64,000 nt of DNA, taken from the IMG/VR virus record IMGVR_UViG_2585427757_000006. The stretch is one strand, 5' to 3'. Origin of the DNA: a virus (Duplodnaviria; Heunggongvirae; Uroviricota; Caudoviricetes). Positions 32,606 through 46,660 of this stretch are shown one piece after another. Every line of letters begins with the position of its first letter. Position 1 is the first letter of the stretch. Under the pieces are notes generated by a model, which worked only from the letters and a program-made list of their open reading frames with translations, was not told the origin of the DNA and made no database searches. The translations under genes were made by a program, and so were the position numbers.

Positions 32606-32781
32606 GCCACGACTCCTTTGAAAACGCCTAATGCTGAGTCGAAGACCAGTACTACGGCCAGCGCATTGATCATCACATCATTAACAGGCGCCAGCGCTTT
32701 ACGGATTGCCCCTGTGAAGATGCAGTCGAGCACAAAGGCTATCGAGATAATAAGTAACGTGATATCTAATAAAATTTTCAC
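32602..32781 (-). CDS. small hydrophobic protein, 59 aa, non-ATG start
   Basis: Hydrophobic ORF whose stop overlaps the next start (ATGA); no clear SD. Confidence 0.3.
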   Translation of the reverse strand: MKILLDITLLIISIAFVLDCIFTGAIRKALAPVNDVMINALAVVLVFDSALGVFKGVVA

Positions 32782-32820
32782 GATAGGTAAATGCTAACTT
32801 ATATATTTTTGCTGTAAATA

Positions 32821-33098
32821 TCACTCAAAAGTGCTGATACCCAAAATGCGCTCAAGATGGGCCGCGTCTTCATCGCTTACCAGCATTGTGTCGTCTACGT
32901 ACCAGCAGCTACCGTTGTGCCAACAAACACCGTCATCATCGATATAAATAGAATCCGCATCCATTCCTGTGTATTCAACTAGATTGCGTTCAATTGCCGC
33001 TTGAATTTCTTCATCGTTCAGCCCGTCGCACTTGATCATGAACAACGGGTAAACGTCATAGTCGGTACTAGATGAAATGCGAACCAAAGTCTTCATGT
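32821..33098 (-). CDS. hypothetical protein
   Basis: Start set at MKTLVR with SD aaggag; recurrent tacttatctatc motif just upstream. Confidence 0.4.
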
Positions 33099-33159
33099 GT
33101 TTTCTCCTTGTTGGTAAGTACTTATCTATCTTAATGGACGCTATAAGGCGCACAATCAT

Positions 33160-36994
<3,835 letters not shown>

Positions 36995-37008
36995 AATTGT
37001 AAATTCCC

Positions 37009-38172
37009 TTAATCAAAATTCTTCTGTTTCATTGCCTCAGCCGCTTTTTGCAGCGGTCCTTTCAAGGCTTTTTCTAACTTTGTCATCTGCTCTAAGTGCC
37101 ACGCAACCGCTTGGGGCCACGTCTCTTTATTAAACCCATCAGCTTTGGTCGAAAACTGAATACGGCAAGATTTCTTCTCATCCAGCCTCATCCACTCAAG
37201 TTCTGCACCAAAAGCATGTTCAATGTCCTGTTTGGACTGACTCAACAAGTCAAAAAGGTATTTATTCTCTTCGGTAACCCCACGGCTGATCCAAAGCTCT
37301 ACTCGAAGCTCTTTTTGCAGAAATATCAGGTTATACGGACACCCACTTAACCCTGAGCCTGCTGATAACCAGTGATCTTTGCTTGGGCTAATGTTGTTAT
37401 AGAGTTGGCAAACGCTTTTCTGAAACGCCTCTAAGGCACGCTCCCAGTACTCGCGACGCACCGTATGGCGGTTTTTAAGGACCACTTCGGTGGTTTTTTC
37501 TTCCGCTTCCTTGGCATTAATGCCGATCATCAACTCTTTCGCTTCTGGCGTTGGAATGATCTGGTCAATATTAATCAGTAGCTGTTCACCCAGTGAATAA
37601 GGCGTGATTTTGAAGCAGGCAATGCTAATGCCTTGACCCAATAACCACAGCGCGGTGCTGGTCACTTCTTTGCGAAAGTTTGCCGCAACTAGCATAATAC
37701 GCTGGCTGTTACCCAGGTTGAGCTTTAACTCATCCAGATCGGGCGCATCCAAAAATTCACATATTCTCGCCGAAGCACTTGCAGGGGCATTTAACAGGTC
37801 AACCTCTGCTGTTACAGGCTCATAGCGATCTAAGTACTGCTGGTAAATGTCAACTATTTGTGCTTTGGTTAAACTGGCACAGTAAGAGGCATATTTAAGG
37901 GCCTGCCACACCACATCTCGGCCACTGTCGTCCAGCTTATTTTCAATAATGACCAAGTTGCCATCTTTATCCAGTGCCAGTAAATCTAATCGTTCACGGG
38001 TGTCATCAAAGCCATCGAACTCTTTTTGAATAATCAACAACTCTTCACCCAATGCGGAAGGTTCGTGTGCCAACCACTCCTGAAGATGCTTGCGCTCAGT
38101 AAAGCCCAACTCACTGAACTTCTTTGTCCTAACAGGACTAATCCTGTTAGTTTGATGATTTACCGTGAACAT
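37009..38172 (-). CDS. PD-(D/E)xK nuclease-fold protein of unknown function embedded in type I R-M operon
   Basis: N-terminal D-x(n)-E-x-K pattern LDLLALDKDGNLVIIENKLD; 387 aa; tightly packed between hsdS and hsdR. Confidence 0.45.
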   Translation of the reverse strand: MFTVNHQTNRISPVRTKKFSELGFTERKHLQEWLAHEPSALGEELLIIQKEFDGFDDTRERLDLLALDKDGNLVIIENKLDDSGRDVVWQALKYASYCASLTKAQIVDIYQQYLDRYEPVTAEVDLLNAPASASARICEFLDAPDLDELKLNLGNSQRIMLVAANFRKEVTSTALWLLGQGISIACFKITPYSLGEQLLINIDQIIPTPEAKELMIGINAKEAEEKTTEVVLKNRHTVRREYWERALEAFQKSVCQLYNNISPSKDHWLSAGSGLSGCPYNLIFLQKELRVELWISRGVTEENKYLFDLLSQSKQDIEHAFGAELEWMRLDEKKSCRIQFSTKADGFNKETWPQAVAWHLEQMTKLEKALKGPLQKAAEAMKQKNFD

Positions 38173-38181
38173 ATTCGCGTC

Positions 38182-39462
38182 CTATTGCTCAACCATTTCT
38201 GGGGTGATTTTTATTTTTCCTGTCACGGCGCTGTTGATCAGGGTGGTTTTGTATTCTTTAAGCTTTTCAATCTGCGACTTTTGGATATCAATCGTGCGAT
38301 TCAGATCTGGCTCAATTCCTTCAATGAACGAAATTATTTCTTGAATTTCATCTTTTGGTGGCACTGGAACCAATACACTTGCAAGACGATCCCTTGTTAA
38401 TTTTGGCTGTGCCGCACCAGAAATATATACCGTATAGTCCAATCCGCTTAATAATTCGGCCCAGTATTTAAAACCATGAAATTTTGGCTTAATAATATGT
38501 GCATGGTTATTCACCCAATACTTTCCAGTTGCAACAAAAGCCAATGGTGTTGACTTGCTTAGCAAATTCGCGCCATCTTCAGCGATCAAGATTAAATCTT
38601 CATCAAAGATGTAGTCATCAACATAATCGATAACACCACTTGCTCCGTAATACGGATATACGCCCTGTCTCGACTCTCTCTCAACTGCGCTTATTGGAAC
38701 TCTTCTACTGTTAAGAAACTCAAACGCATATCTCAATGACATTAAGTTCCAATGCGCTGGAATCTTACCAATCCAATCCACACCGGAGTCTTTCATTGGC
38801 ACATTGGGATCAAGCCCTTGGGTCACCGCCTGTTGGATGATGATCTGCTTACGCTCTTTCAGCAGGCTAATTTGCTGCTCTTTGATCGAAATCGCTTCGT
38901 CGATTAGAGCGGTTTTCTTGTCGAGAAAATTTGCAATTAGGGACTGCTCTTCTTCTGAAGGCAGAACAAAAGGAATCACCTTCATCCGTGCTTTTGAAAG
39001 GTCCCACTGACCAATCCTTACACCATCTGATGCACTACCAAAAAACGATACATATAACTTACTGCGTATCGCCCAATTGAAAAACTCAGGATTTATTGCC
39101 TTTGTAAAATCAAAAATAAAATACGCAGGACTTACAATTCCAGTGAACTTTGATACACCGTAAGAACCCTGCCACGCTTTCATTTTATTCATTCCAAATT
39201 GACCTTTCTCAAGCTTTTTATAGCCGCTAAGATCATCTGGTATAAAATTGTGATTTGACTCTTGATTATCCACGTCTCTCTCGATAACACCTTGTTCGCG
39301 TGTTATCGAAAGTAGTGGCAATTCAGGGCAGTTTTTGACCGACACCGGAGATAGGCACGAGCCTAACTTAACCAAGTCCCAATGCTCTGGAATCTCGCCA
39401 ATCCACTCATAACCAGAGTCACTATATTGATCATACTTTAGCGTTGAGGTAATGCTTTCCAT
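38182..39462 (-). CDS. hsdS: type I restriction-modification specificity subunit
   Basis: 426 aa, two-repeat architecture with conserved central and C-terminal helical spacers; 1-nt overlap with hsdM stop. Confidence 0.8.
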   Translation of the reverse strand: MESITSTLKYDQYSDSGYEWIGEIPEHWDLVKLGSCLSPVSVKNCPELPLLSITREQGVIERDVDNQESNHNFIPDDLSGYKKLEKGQFGMNKMKAWQGSYGVSKFTGIVSPAYFIFDFTKAINPEFFNWAIRSKLYVSFFGSASDGVRIGQWDLSKARMKVIPFVLPSEEEQSLIANFLDKKTALIDEAISIKEQQISLLKERKQIIIQQAVTQGLDPNVPMKDSGVDWIGKIPAHWNLMSLRYAFEFLNSRRVPISAVERESRQGVYPYYGASGVIDYVDDYIFDEDLILIAEDGANLLSKSTPLAFVATGKYWVNNHAHIIKPKFHGFKYWAELLSGLDYTVYISGAAQPKLTRDRLASVLVPVPPKDEIQEIISFIEGIEPDLNRTIDIQKSQIEKLKEYKTTLINSAVTGKIKITPEMVEQ

Positions 39463-41891
39463 TAGGCTTCTCCCTGAACTTCCGCCACTTTCACGCCTAA
39501 TATTTGTGCAATCAAACCATCAGCCTTCTGCTCTAGATTGATAATGTCAGTTGCTACTTCTTCAAGACTACGTAATGGCTTATGCAGATAGAAATACTTA
39601 TTGAAGCTGATTTCATAGCCAATTTTTACCGTATCTAGGTTTATCCATGCTTCATCGACATGAGGCTTCACTTCATCTAGGAAGTACTGGTAAATGCTTT
39701 GCTTTAATGGAACAGATTCTGTATCTCGCAGGTCTGAATTGGTCTCGTAAGTGATATACTCGCCTTTTTTACCGCCTTCTGCTGAAGGAACGGGGTAATA
39801 ACCAAAATCTGGCAAGTCAGCGACTTCACACTCATAGCGCTCCAGCAGGTCGTTTAATTTATCACCCGTTAATTTAACTACCTTTTTAACCACTTTCTTG
39901 GCGGTTTCGTCATACCAGCTCACCGCGTGAAGAATGGCATTTTTCTCAGGTGCTGAAAGCTTAATAGCATGGGCTTTTAGCGATTTATCAACTTGGGTTT
40001 TAAAGCTATTGAAGTCATCAAATTCAATGCTACCGATGTCAGCCATCAGCGTTTGTGCAGTTTCAAGCAATGCTTTTAGCGCCAGCCAGTGTTTCACATC
40101 AAGCAGTTTGGCCTTAGCCTTAGCATTGAGACTGATGTCGTTATCTTCACACCAAGAAAGAATGTCTTTCTCGATGGATTTTAAGAAGCTCTTTTTCTGA
40201 TCTGACCCGTAGCCAGTTTTTTCGTAAACACGTTCGCCGTGCTCTGCGTACACGTACTCCATCACTTCACTAAGTTGCTTATCAAAACGCAGTGGGGCTA
40301 TGGCATCTTGAGTAAACTTGGCTTTGCGGCGATCTGGGCGCTCGATAGTGACTTTGTAGTAGCCAAAATCGTCATTGCTGAATACCTTACTGGCGATGCC
40401 AACAGGATCATTGTTTGCATCCAGTGCTCTTTCAACATCCTTACACGCGAGGTAAGTATCGGTAATTTCCGTGATGTGCTCAGGCGCAAATTCGCAGTTT
40501 TTGTTACCTAAGTTCTTGCGCAACTTACGGTAGAGCAAGCTGGCATCAATTAATTGCACCTTACCTTTACGCGCCTCAGGTTTATTGTTGCTCAACACCC
40601 AAATGTAAGTGGTAATGCCAGTGTTATAGAACAGGTTATTAGGTAACTGAACGATGGCATCTAGCATGTCGTTTTCAATGATGAAGCGACGAATATTACT
40701 TTCACCACCGCCCGCATCTCCGGTAAAGAGCGATGAGCCGTTATGAACAGAGGCAATCCGGCTGCCTAATGGACTTACGCTCGGATCTTTCATCTTGTTG
40801 ACCATCTCCATTAAGAAAAGCAGCTGGCCATCACTCGAACGTGGCGTGGCATCCACCACTTCGAGATTTCCCCAATAGTCTTTCAGGCTAACCTTAAAAC
40901 GCGGGTCAATCACATCACTGCCGTCTTTAATGTACTTCTGTTCAGACGCCCAACTCTTACCGTATGGCGGGGTAGACAACATAAAGTCAAAGCGTGAAGC
41001 CGCAAACTCGTCGGTAGACAAGGTTGAGCCTACCTTGATGTTCTCAGGGTTGTTACCTTTGATCATCATGTCCGATTTACAAATCGCGTAGGTCTCGTCA
41101 TTGATCTCTTTGCCGTAAAGGTAAATATCTCGGCTGTCGTTCGGGTATTTCTCTTCAATGAAGTTTTGAGATTCAGTGAGCATACCACCGCTACCACACG
41201 CAGGGTCGTAAACGGTCATGGTCAATGGTAGCTGCTCTTTCACTGGGTCAAAAACCAAGTGTGTCATCAGCTCAATCACTTCCCTAGGTGTAAAGTGCTC
41301 ACCGGCTTCTTCGTTATTCTCCTCGTTGAACTTACGGATCAACTCTTCGAACACGTACCCCATACCCAGGTTAGTAAGGGCTGGCATCTTGTTGCCATCT
41401 GGGTCTTCGATCGTTTCATGAGTTAAGTTGATGTAAGGGGAAACAAACTTTTCGACGACATCAAGAAGGACTTGCTTTGAGGCCATGTGACGAATTTGCG
41501 ACTTGAGGTTAAAGCATTCAATGATTTCTTTAACATTATCGCTAAAGCTAAGCAGGTACTCTTCAAAGTTGGCGAGTAATATCTGTTGGTTATTCGTTGC
41601 GGTGTTGAACAGGGATTTCAGGGTCCATTTAGATGTATTGTAAAAAACATAACCACTAGCCGCCTTCAATGGTTCATCATCAAGCTCCGTGGCTTGCATC
41701 TCTTCTTTTTGGAACTTGACCTCTTCAAGCACGGCTTCTTTGGTGGGTTCAAGTAACGTATCTAAACGTCGTAATACCACCATAGGTAAAATCACATCGC
41801 GGTACTTACCGCGAACGTACACATCACGTAAACAGTCGTCGGCAATGTTCCATATAAATGAGATGAGCTTGTTATGTACACTATGATCCAT
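39462..41891 (-). CDS. hsdM: type I restriction-modification N6-adenine DNA methyltransferase
   Basis: N-terminal FIWNIADD, motif I PACGSGGML, motif IV LSTPPYG; start set at MDHSVHN. Confidence 0.85.
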   Translation of the reverse strand: MDHSVHNKLISFIWNIADDCLRDVYVRGKYRDVILPMVVLRRLDTLLEPTKEAVLEEVKFQKEEMQATELDDEPLKAASGYVFYNTSKWTLKSLFNTATNNQQILLANFEEYLLSFSDNVKEIIECFNLKSQIRHMASKQVLLDVVEKFVSPYINLTHETIEDPDGNKMPALTNLGMGYVFEELIRKFNEENNEEAGEHFTPREVIELMTHLVFDPVKEQLPLTMTVYDPACGSGGMLTESQNFIEEKYPNDSRDIYLYGKEINDETYAICKSDMMIKGNNPENIKVGSTLSTDEFAASRFDFMLSTPPYGKSWASEQKYIKDGSDVIDPRFKVSLKDYWGNLEVVDATPRSSDGQLLFLMEMVNKMKDPSVSPLGSRIASVHNGSSLFTGDAGGGESNIRRFIIENDMLDAIVQLPNNLFYNTGITTYIWVLSNNKPEARKGKVQLIDASLLYRKLRKNLGNKNCEFAPEHITEITDTYLACKDVERALDANNDPVGIASKVFSNDDFGYYKVTIERPDRRKAKFTQDAIAPLRFDKQLSEVMEYVYAEHGERVYEKTGYGSDQKKSFLKSIEKDILSWCEDNDISLNAKAKAKLLDVKHWLALKALLETAQTLMADIGSIEFDDFNSFKTQVDKSLKAHAIKLSAPEKNAILHAVSWYDETAKKVVKKVVKLTGDKLNDLLERYECEVADLPDFGYYPVPSAEGGKKGEYITYETNSDLRDTESVPLKQSIYQYFLDEVKPHVDEAWINLDTVKIGYEISFNKYFYLHKPLRSLEEVATDIINLEQKADGLIAQILGVKVAEVQGEA

Positions 41892-42123
41892 TTTCTTTTC
41901 CTGTTCAGTGTTGGTTGCACCCCACAAAGTTGCTGCAACGGCTTCACTATAAATTTAAAATTCTGTTCTTTCTGTAACGCCTAAATGGCCTCTACATCGT
42001 TCGATTAACTTGTTCTACCCGGCGCTAGATTTAAGTTTATGACACCATAAAGTGAATCGCCACAGGTTTAATAGACTGAATCGCCACAGGTTTAACAGAC
42101 ACCTCAGAGTCATTTAAGATGAC

Positions 42124-42315
42124 TTAAAGAGAGGTGTACAGCTCGGTATTCAGACCAGTCCACTGACGGCCAACGCCGACAACTTCACCGATACCTTTGT
42201 CTTCACCCAATTTGTTTACTTTGATGCCAACGTACCCAGGCTCAACACGATCGCAGCCTGTAAGACCCATTGTGCAAACAGCAGCCACGATCACTGCCAG
42301 TAAACCTTTCTTCAT
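42124..42315 (-). CDS. small lipoprotein
   Basis: Lipobox MGLTGC after a signal peptide; 63 aa. Confidence 0.45.
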   Translation of the reverse strand: MKKGLLAVIVAAVCTMGLTGCDRVEPGYVGIKVNKLGEDKGIGEVVGVGRQWTGLNTELYTSL

Positions 42316-42318
42316 TAC

Positions 42319-42519
42319 TTACTTCCCCTTCGAATTAATTAGTGACTTCAGAAAGTTACGACCAACATTAAAGCCGATAACAGGAGCGCCAAAAGCAACA
42401 ATGATTCCAAGCATTACGGCAATATCGCTTTTAGCCGAGATCAGCGACGGAACCAGCAAACAGTAGATGAAAACTACAGATATACCTGTAGCCACTGCCA
42501 TCAGATAGAGTTTGATCAT
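42319..42519 (-). CDS. small two-helix membrane protein
   Basis: 66-aa hydrophobic ORF. Confidence 0.4.
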   Translation of the reverse strand: MIKLYLMAVATGISVVFIYCLLVPSLISAKSDIAVMLGIIVAFGAPVIGFNVGRNFLKSLINSKGK

Positions 42520-42609
42520 GTGTTTTCCTATGTGGCTATTGTGTGTAGATGGTGAGTAAGTGTTTATATATTTTCAAGGTATAAAGGCGTCCATTCGGAC
42601 GCCTGAAAA

Positions 42610-43683
42610 TTAATCTTCTAATTCATCTGTCGGTGATGTCTTCTCGCGCCTGTCATCTATTGCCTGTAACGCAGCAATGATTTCAGCTAATGGCTTCTCC
42701 CGGTACATCTCGACGATCTGTGATTTGGTGTATTTCTTCTCGCCAATTTCCACACGCCCGCTGGCGCTCTTGGGCAGGTATCCTTCCTCCAGCATGTATT
42801 CAACCAGAGACTCGACGACGTCCAGCCCGCGAGTCGGGTCGAAGTAGAATTTCCATGAGCATTTGCCAAACGGAGGCGCGACTTTGTTTTTAATGCACTC
42901 GGCGCCAACGTCCTGTCCGATCTTCTCTTTGCCATCCTTCATGACGGATGCACCCAGACGGATGCGCACCGACGCGTAGAACTTCGGAGAGTCGCCACCC
43001 GGAGACGTAGTCGGATCGCCAAACATCACACCAATTTTGGTACGCACCTGGTTCAAGAAGATGATGCACGCGTTGTACTTACGCGCCCAAAGCGCCAGAG
43101 TAGGGAAGTTCGCACTTGTCGCGCGCGCCAGCGCCGTGTTGTCGTTCATGTTCAGCTGATCTTTGTCTTTCGCAGTGCCTTCTGCCATCTTGTCGAACTT
43201 CTCAGCCTTCGAGTTCGGAACCATCGACGCCAGAGAGTCGGCTACGATGCAGATAGGGGCTGTTTCCGGAATAAGCTCTTCGTCGCGCACCAGCTTGAGG
43301 ATTGTGCCGATCAGCTCTACGGAGTCTTCGAAGGTATCCGGCTGTTTGTAGACCCACTGACCGTCATCCTCATCTGCGTTCAGGCCATTGGCTACAGCCA
43401 GGCCAACGTCAAAACTGTTTTCATGATCGAGGAATACCGCCAGACCATCTTGTTTTTGAGCGGAGATCATCGCTGCTGTTGCAAGGAACGTTTTCCCTGC
43501 ACTTGGAGGACCGAATACTTCGACGATACGACCACATGGGAAGCCGCCATCGTAACGACCAGAAATAGCTTTGTTTAACGGTGGAAAGCCTGTATCAATC
43601 CAATGAGTTACTTTCTGAATTTCGTCGTTGCTACCGATTTTCTTTTTCAGAGCAAGTGCCAGTGCGGATTTTCCTTTTGCCAT
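42610..43683 (-). CDS. RecA/UvsX-like recombinase
   Basis: Walker A GPPSAGKT, RecA-like core, acidic C-terminal tail. Confidence 0.7.
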   Translation of the reverse strand: MAKGKSALALALKKKIGSNDEIQKVTHWIDTGFPPLNKAISGRYDGGFPCGRIVEVFGPPSAGKTFLATAAMISAQKQDGLAVFLDHENSFDVGLAVANGLNADEDDGQWVYKQPDTFEDSVELIGTILKLVRDEELIPETAPICIVADSLASMVPNSKAEKFDKMAEGTAKDKDQLNMNDNTALARATSANFPTLALWARKYNACIIFLNQVRTKIGVMFGDPTTSPGGDSPKFYASVRIRLGASVMKDGKEKIGQDVGAECIKNKVAPPFGKCSWKFYFDPTRGLDVVESLVEYMLEEGYLPKSASGRVEIGEKKYTKSQIVEMYREKPLAEIIAALQAIDDRREKTSPTDELED

Positions 43684-43685
43684 GA

Positions 43686-43958
43686 TCAGGCTCCTTTTGT
43701 TTCGTTGATTCGTTTTAAAGCGGCGGATTCGTCGAATACAATCGCATCGTGGTTAAGGAGTCTGGATACACGAGCGAGGATTTTTACGACCTGCTCGCTG
43801 ACTAATCCAAACTCGCGATCTGTCGCTTTCATTCCGGCAGCGCCTAGAATTGACGGCAGTGCGATGACAGCGTACTCACCGTGATAAAAGACAATCTCTT
43901 TTGCCAGTTGGGCAGGGGTGGTTGTAGCGCCATTGATAATCGATTTAAGCATTAGCAA
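43686..43958 (-). CDS. hypothetical protein
   Basis: 90-aa ORF in operon. Confidence 0.35.
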   Translation of the reverse strand: MLMLKSIINGATTTPAQLAKEIVFYHGEYAVIALPSILGAAGMKATDREFGLVSEQVVKILARVSRLLNHDAIVFDESAALKRINETKGA

Positions 43959-44947
43959 TACCTTTCGAATGGAAGAACAAACACTTCAAGGTCTTCAAGG
44001 AACGAACGGAAATTCAGCTCGTAGCACAGTTGCTCGAATGCTTTCACGTCACGATTGCCTTTGATTGTTTCGATTTCGGTAGGCGGAAACTTCGTCTCAA
44101 TCAGGTTCATTAGCGTGATGTTTCTCTTGAACGCTTCGAGCATTCGACAGCCTGTTTTCTCGTTGAAGGCATTCTTCGCTAGTTTGTTGAAGGCGGTCTT
44201 ATGGCGTCCTTTGTCAACCACGATTGAGCCGTCGTTGATGCCGCGTACCATCGTTGCGACACTTCCCCATTCATGCAGCAGCTCTTTCGCACCGCCAGCA
44301 CCAATGCCACCAACACCGCTAATGTTGTCCGATTTATCGCCTTGTAATGCTTTTGCTTCCAAAAATGCGCGAGGAGTAGCGAATCCTGTCAGCTCCGCAA
44401 ATTGCTCAAAATTAACCTGCTTGTTTTTGGCGTCTTCGCGCAGGCTTACCCAGCTTACGTTTTCGCGAACTAACTGAAGCCAGTCGCTATCGCCTGTTAA
44501 CAGATAGATGTGTTCAACGATTGGCTGCGGTGCAATGCTGGCTACCAGCAGCCCGGCCAGATCATCCGCTTCTGCATCTTTTGCAATGAGTTGGGTAACT
44601 CCAAGCGCGGTCATCATTTTGAGGATGTATGGCTTCTGGATAGCAAAGCCTTCCTTCATCTTTTTCATATCAGGATCGTCGTCGCGATTTGCTTTGTAGT
44701 CCGGGTAAAAGTCGCGACGCTTGTCACTAAATCCATCCCAAAGAATCATAGGTCGGGCATGGAGGATGGAGGCATAACGACGGACGTTCTTAACAAAGCC
44801 GAAAGCAGCCTGTACTTCCATTTCGCCGTTGTGCAATTTGTCAGATTGTTGGTGGTAATAACCCAGGCTATTGCCATCTACGAAGAGATAATTCACCGGT
44901 ACATTCCTTCCAAAAAGTAAGGCGTCCGTAGACGCCTTACTGGTCAC
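43952..44947 (-). CDS. 5-prime to 3-prime exonuclease / flap endonuclease
   Basis: Acidic clusters VDGNSLGY, AEADDL, LTGDSDW and helix-hairpin-helix LQGDKSDNISGVGGIG. Confidence 0.8.
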   Translation of the reverse strand: MTSKASTDALLFGRNVPVNYLFVDGNSLGYYHQQSDKLHNGEMEVQAAFGFVKNVRRYASILHARPMILWDGFSDKRRDFYPDYKANRDDDPDMKKMKEGFAIQKPYILKMMTALGVTQLIAKDAEADDLAGLLVASIAPQPIVEHIYLLTGDSDWLQLVRENVSWVSLREDAKNKQVNFEQFAELTGFATPRAFLEAKALQGDKSDNISGVGGIGAGGAKELLHEWGSVATMVRGINDGSIVVDKGRHKTAFNKLAKNAFNEKTGCRMLEAFKRNITLMNLIETKFPPTEIETIKGNRDVKAFEQLCYELNFRSFLEDLEVFVLPFERYC

Positions 44948-44956
44948 GTAATGGGA

Positions 44957-45985
44957 TTACAGAGAGTCCAGCTCTCTCAGTAGGTCATCCAGACCTTCAT
45001 CTTCCGTCGCAGATGCGGCTGCTACAGATGTCGCTGCGACTGCTTCAGACTCTTTGACTGATACTGCAACGGCAGCGGGACTTGCTTCTGGTTTAAATTC
45101 AGTTTCAACGGCACGGAGGATTTCTTCATCAACCAGACTGGTTGGTTCAGAAGCTGGGGTATGAGCGGTAGCTACAGCAGTCGCACCCTCCGTATGACCA
45201 GTGACAGAGCCAAATCCAGGTAGTGCCGCAGCCGATGTTTTCGCGGTTGAGGAAATTGCTGGTGCAGATGCTGCGGCAGTTGGTGCAGCGATGCCAATCA
45301 GACGACCCATAGTGCGAACTGTCGACAGAAGACGAGTTTCATCAGCCTGATTTGCGTATGCGATCAGATCATGCTGGGTGTTCCAGAATTTATCTTCGAT
45401 ATCGCCTTTGTAGACTTTACGCTTAGGCGAGACGTCATATTTGGTATCGCGACCAGAGCCAGTACGTTTAATCAGGAATGCGTAGCCTTCCTCTTTGCTC
45501 AGTGGATTGCCGATATCATCAGCGATGTCTTCGGTGATTGCTTTGCAGATATCATCGAATACAGTAGACGGCAGCTCGATTAACTGGCATTTCTCAGCAT
45601 CTGCGAAATCCTCACGAGCAGAAAGAATGCCGTTGACCAGGTAGCGAGGAGTGGCACGCATTTGACCGATGCGTTCTTCCATTGCTTTGTTACCCTTGTG
45701 ACGAGCGCGACCTTCCATCACCATTTCGCATAGCTGACAAGCGCGACCGTGAGTATGTTGCTCACAAATATAAGCGTTGGTTGCTTCTTTACCTTCCTCG
45801 TTCTGATACTTAACGTAGTGCATACCGAAAGTCTGGAAGAACTTACCGTTTGGGTCGTCTTTATTCGGGAAGATGCGGATATAGTTGACGCCGTCTTTTA
45901 AGCGAGTCAGATCAACGTTGTTACCACGTTTGGCGGCAATGTCTTCACGAGTTTTGTTAAGCAAATCAAGTAATGTCTTAGACAT
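44957..45985 (-). CDS. putative single-stranded DNA-binding protein with zinc motif and acidic tail
   Basis: CEQHTHGRACQLC zinc-like motif, A/S/T-rich linker, acidic C-terminus EDEGLDDLLRELDSL. Confidence 0.5.
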   Translation of the reverse strand: MSKTLLDLLNKTREDIAAKRGNNVDLTRLKDGVNYIRIFPNKDDPNGKFFQTFGMHYVKYQNEEGKEATNAYICEQHTHGRACQLCEMVMEGRARHKGNKAMEERIGQMRATPRYLVNGILSAREDFADAEKCQLIELPSTVFDDICKAITEDIADDIGNPLSKEEGYAFLIKRTGSGRDTKYDVSPKRKVYKGDIEDKFWNTQHDLIAYANQADETRLLSTVRTMGRLIGIAAPTAAASAPAISSTAKTSAAALPGFGSVTGHTEGATAVATAHTPASEPTSLVDEEILRAVETEFKPEASPAAVAVSVKESEAVAATSVAAASATEDEGLDDLLRELDSL

Positions 45986-46102
45986 GTGTTTCTCCTTGTT
46001 GTGATTTGGCCGATGGCGCTATGCGCGTTGGGCTTTCGTTCATTCGTGGCTCTTTCGAGCTGTTAAATGATAGATCAGTACTTACTTATTATCTATCAAA
46101 AA

Positions 46103-46558
46103 TCAACGGGGAGTAATAAAGCGTTCAGAGCCTAATCGCTCTAATTCAACGATGGCCATCTTTGACGCCTGAACGATCATGTCTCGGCGATGCGAAAAGG
46201 CGGCGACAGCATGTTTGTATATGTCTGCGATGTGCCGTGCTTCATCCAACTTCTGCCTTTTAGACAGATACTGTGGGTTTGTTTTAACCTTAGCGTCCAG
46301 TACAGATTCGTTGAACTTAATGCCGTTCATACTCAAGTTCTTACGCTCTGTGTCGTATAGCTTTGCTTCAACAGCTTCAAGGTTAAGTTTTGCCTCTGCG
46401 ACACTTCTTTCTGCATGAGCGAGTTTTGAGCCATACTCCATTAAAAGGCGGGGTTGTCTACGCCAGACTTCCTCCAGATTGTCTCGGTCAAACTCGAGAT
46501 CAGACATTATTTTCTCGTAAATATCGGCGATCATGCACATTTCCTTATCACTTATCAT
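46103..46558 (-). CDS. hypothetical protein, possibly UvsY-like recombination mediator
   Basis: 151-aa coiled-coil protein adjacent to the SSB-like and RecA-like genes; similarity only suggestive. Confidence 0.3.
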   Translation of the reverse strand: MISDKEMCMIADIYEKIMSDLEFDRDNLEEVWRRQPRLLMEYGSKLAHAERSVAEAKLNLEAVEAKLYDTERKNLSMNGIKFNESVLDAKVKTNPQYLSKRQKLDEARHIADIYKHAVAAFSHRRDMIVQASKMAIVELERLGSERFITPR

Positions 46559-46660
46559 TTTGTATTGATTATATCATTGTAATGATGAGGCAATGAGCTT
46601 GAAGATAGGGGGGGTGAGGGGATAAGGGAAAACATGGCCTTTATGGCCATGTTTATTGGA

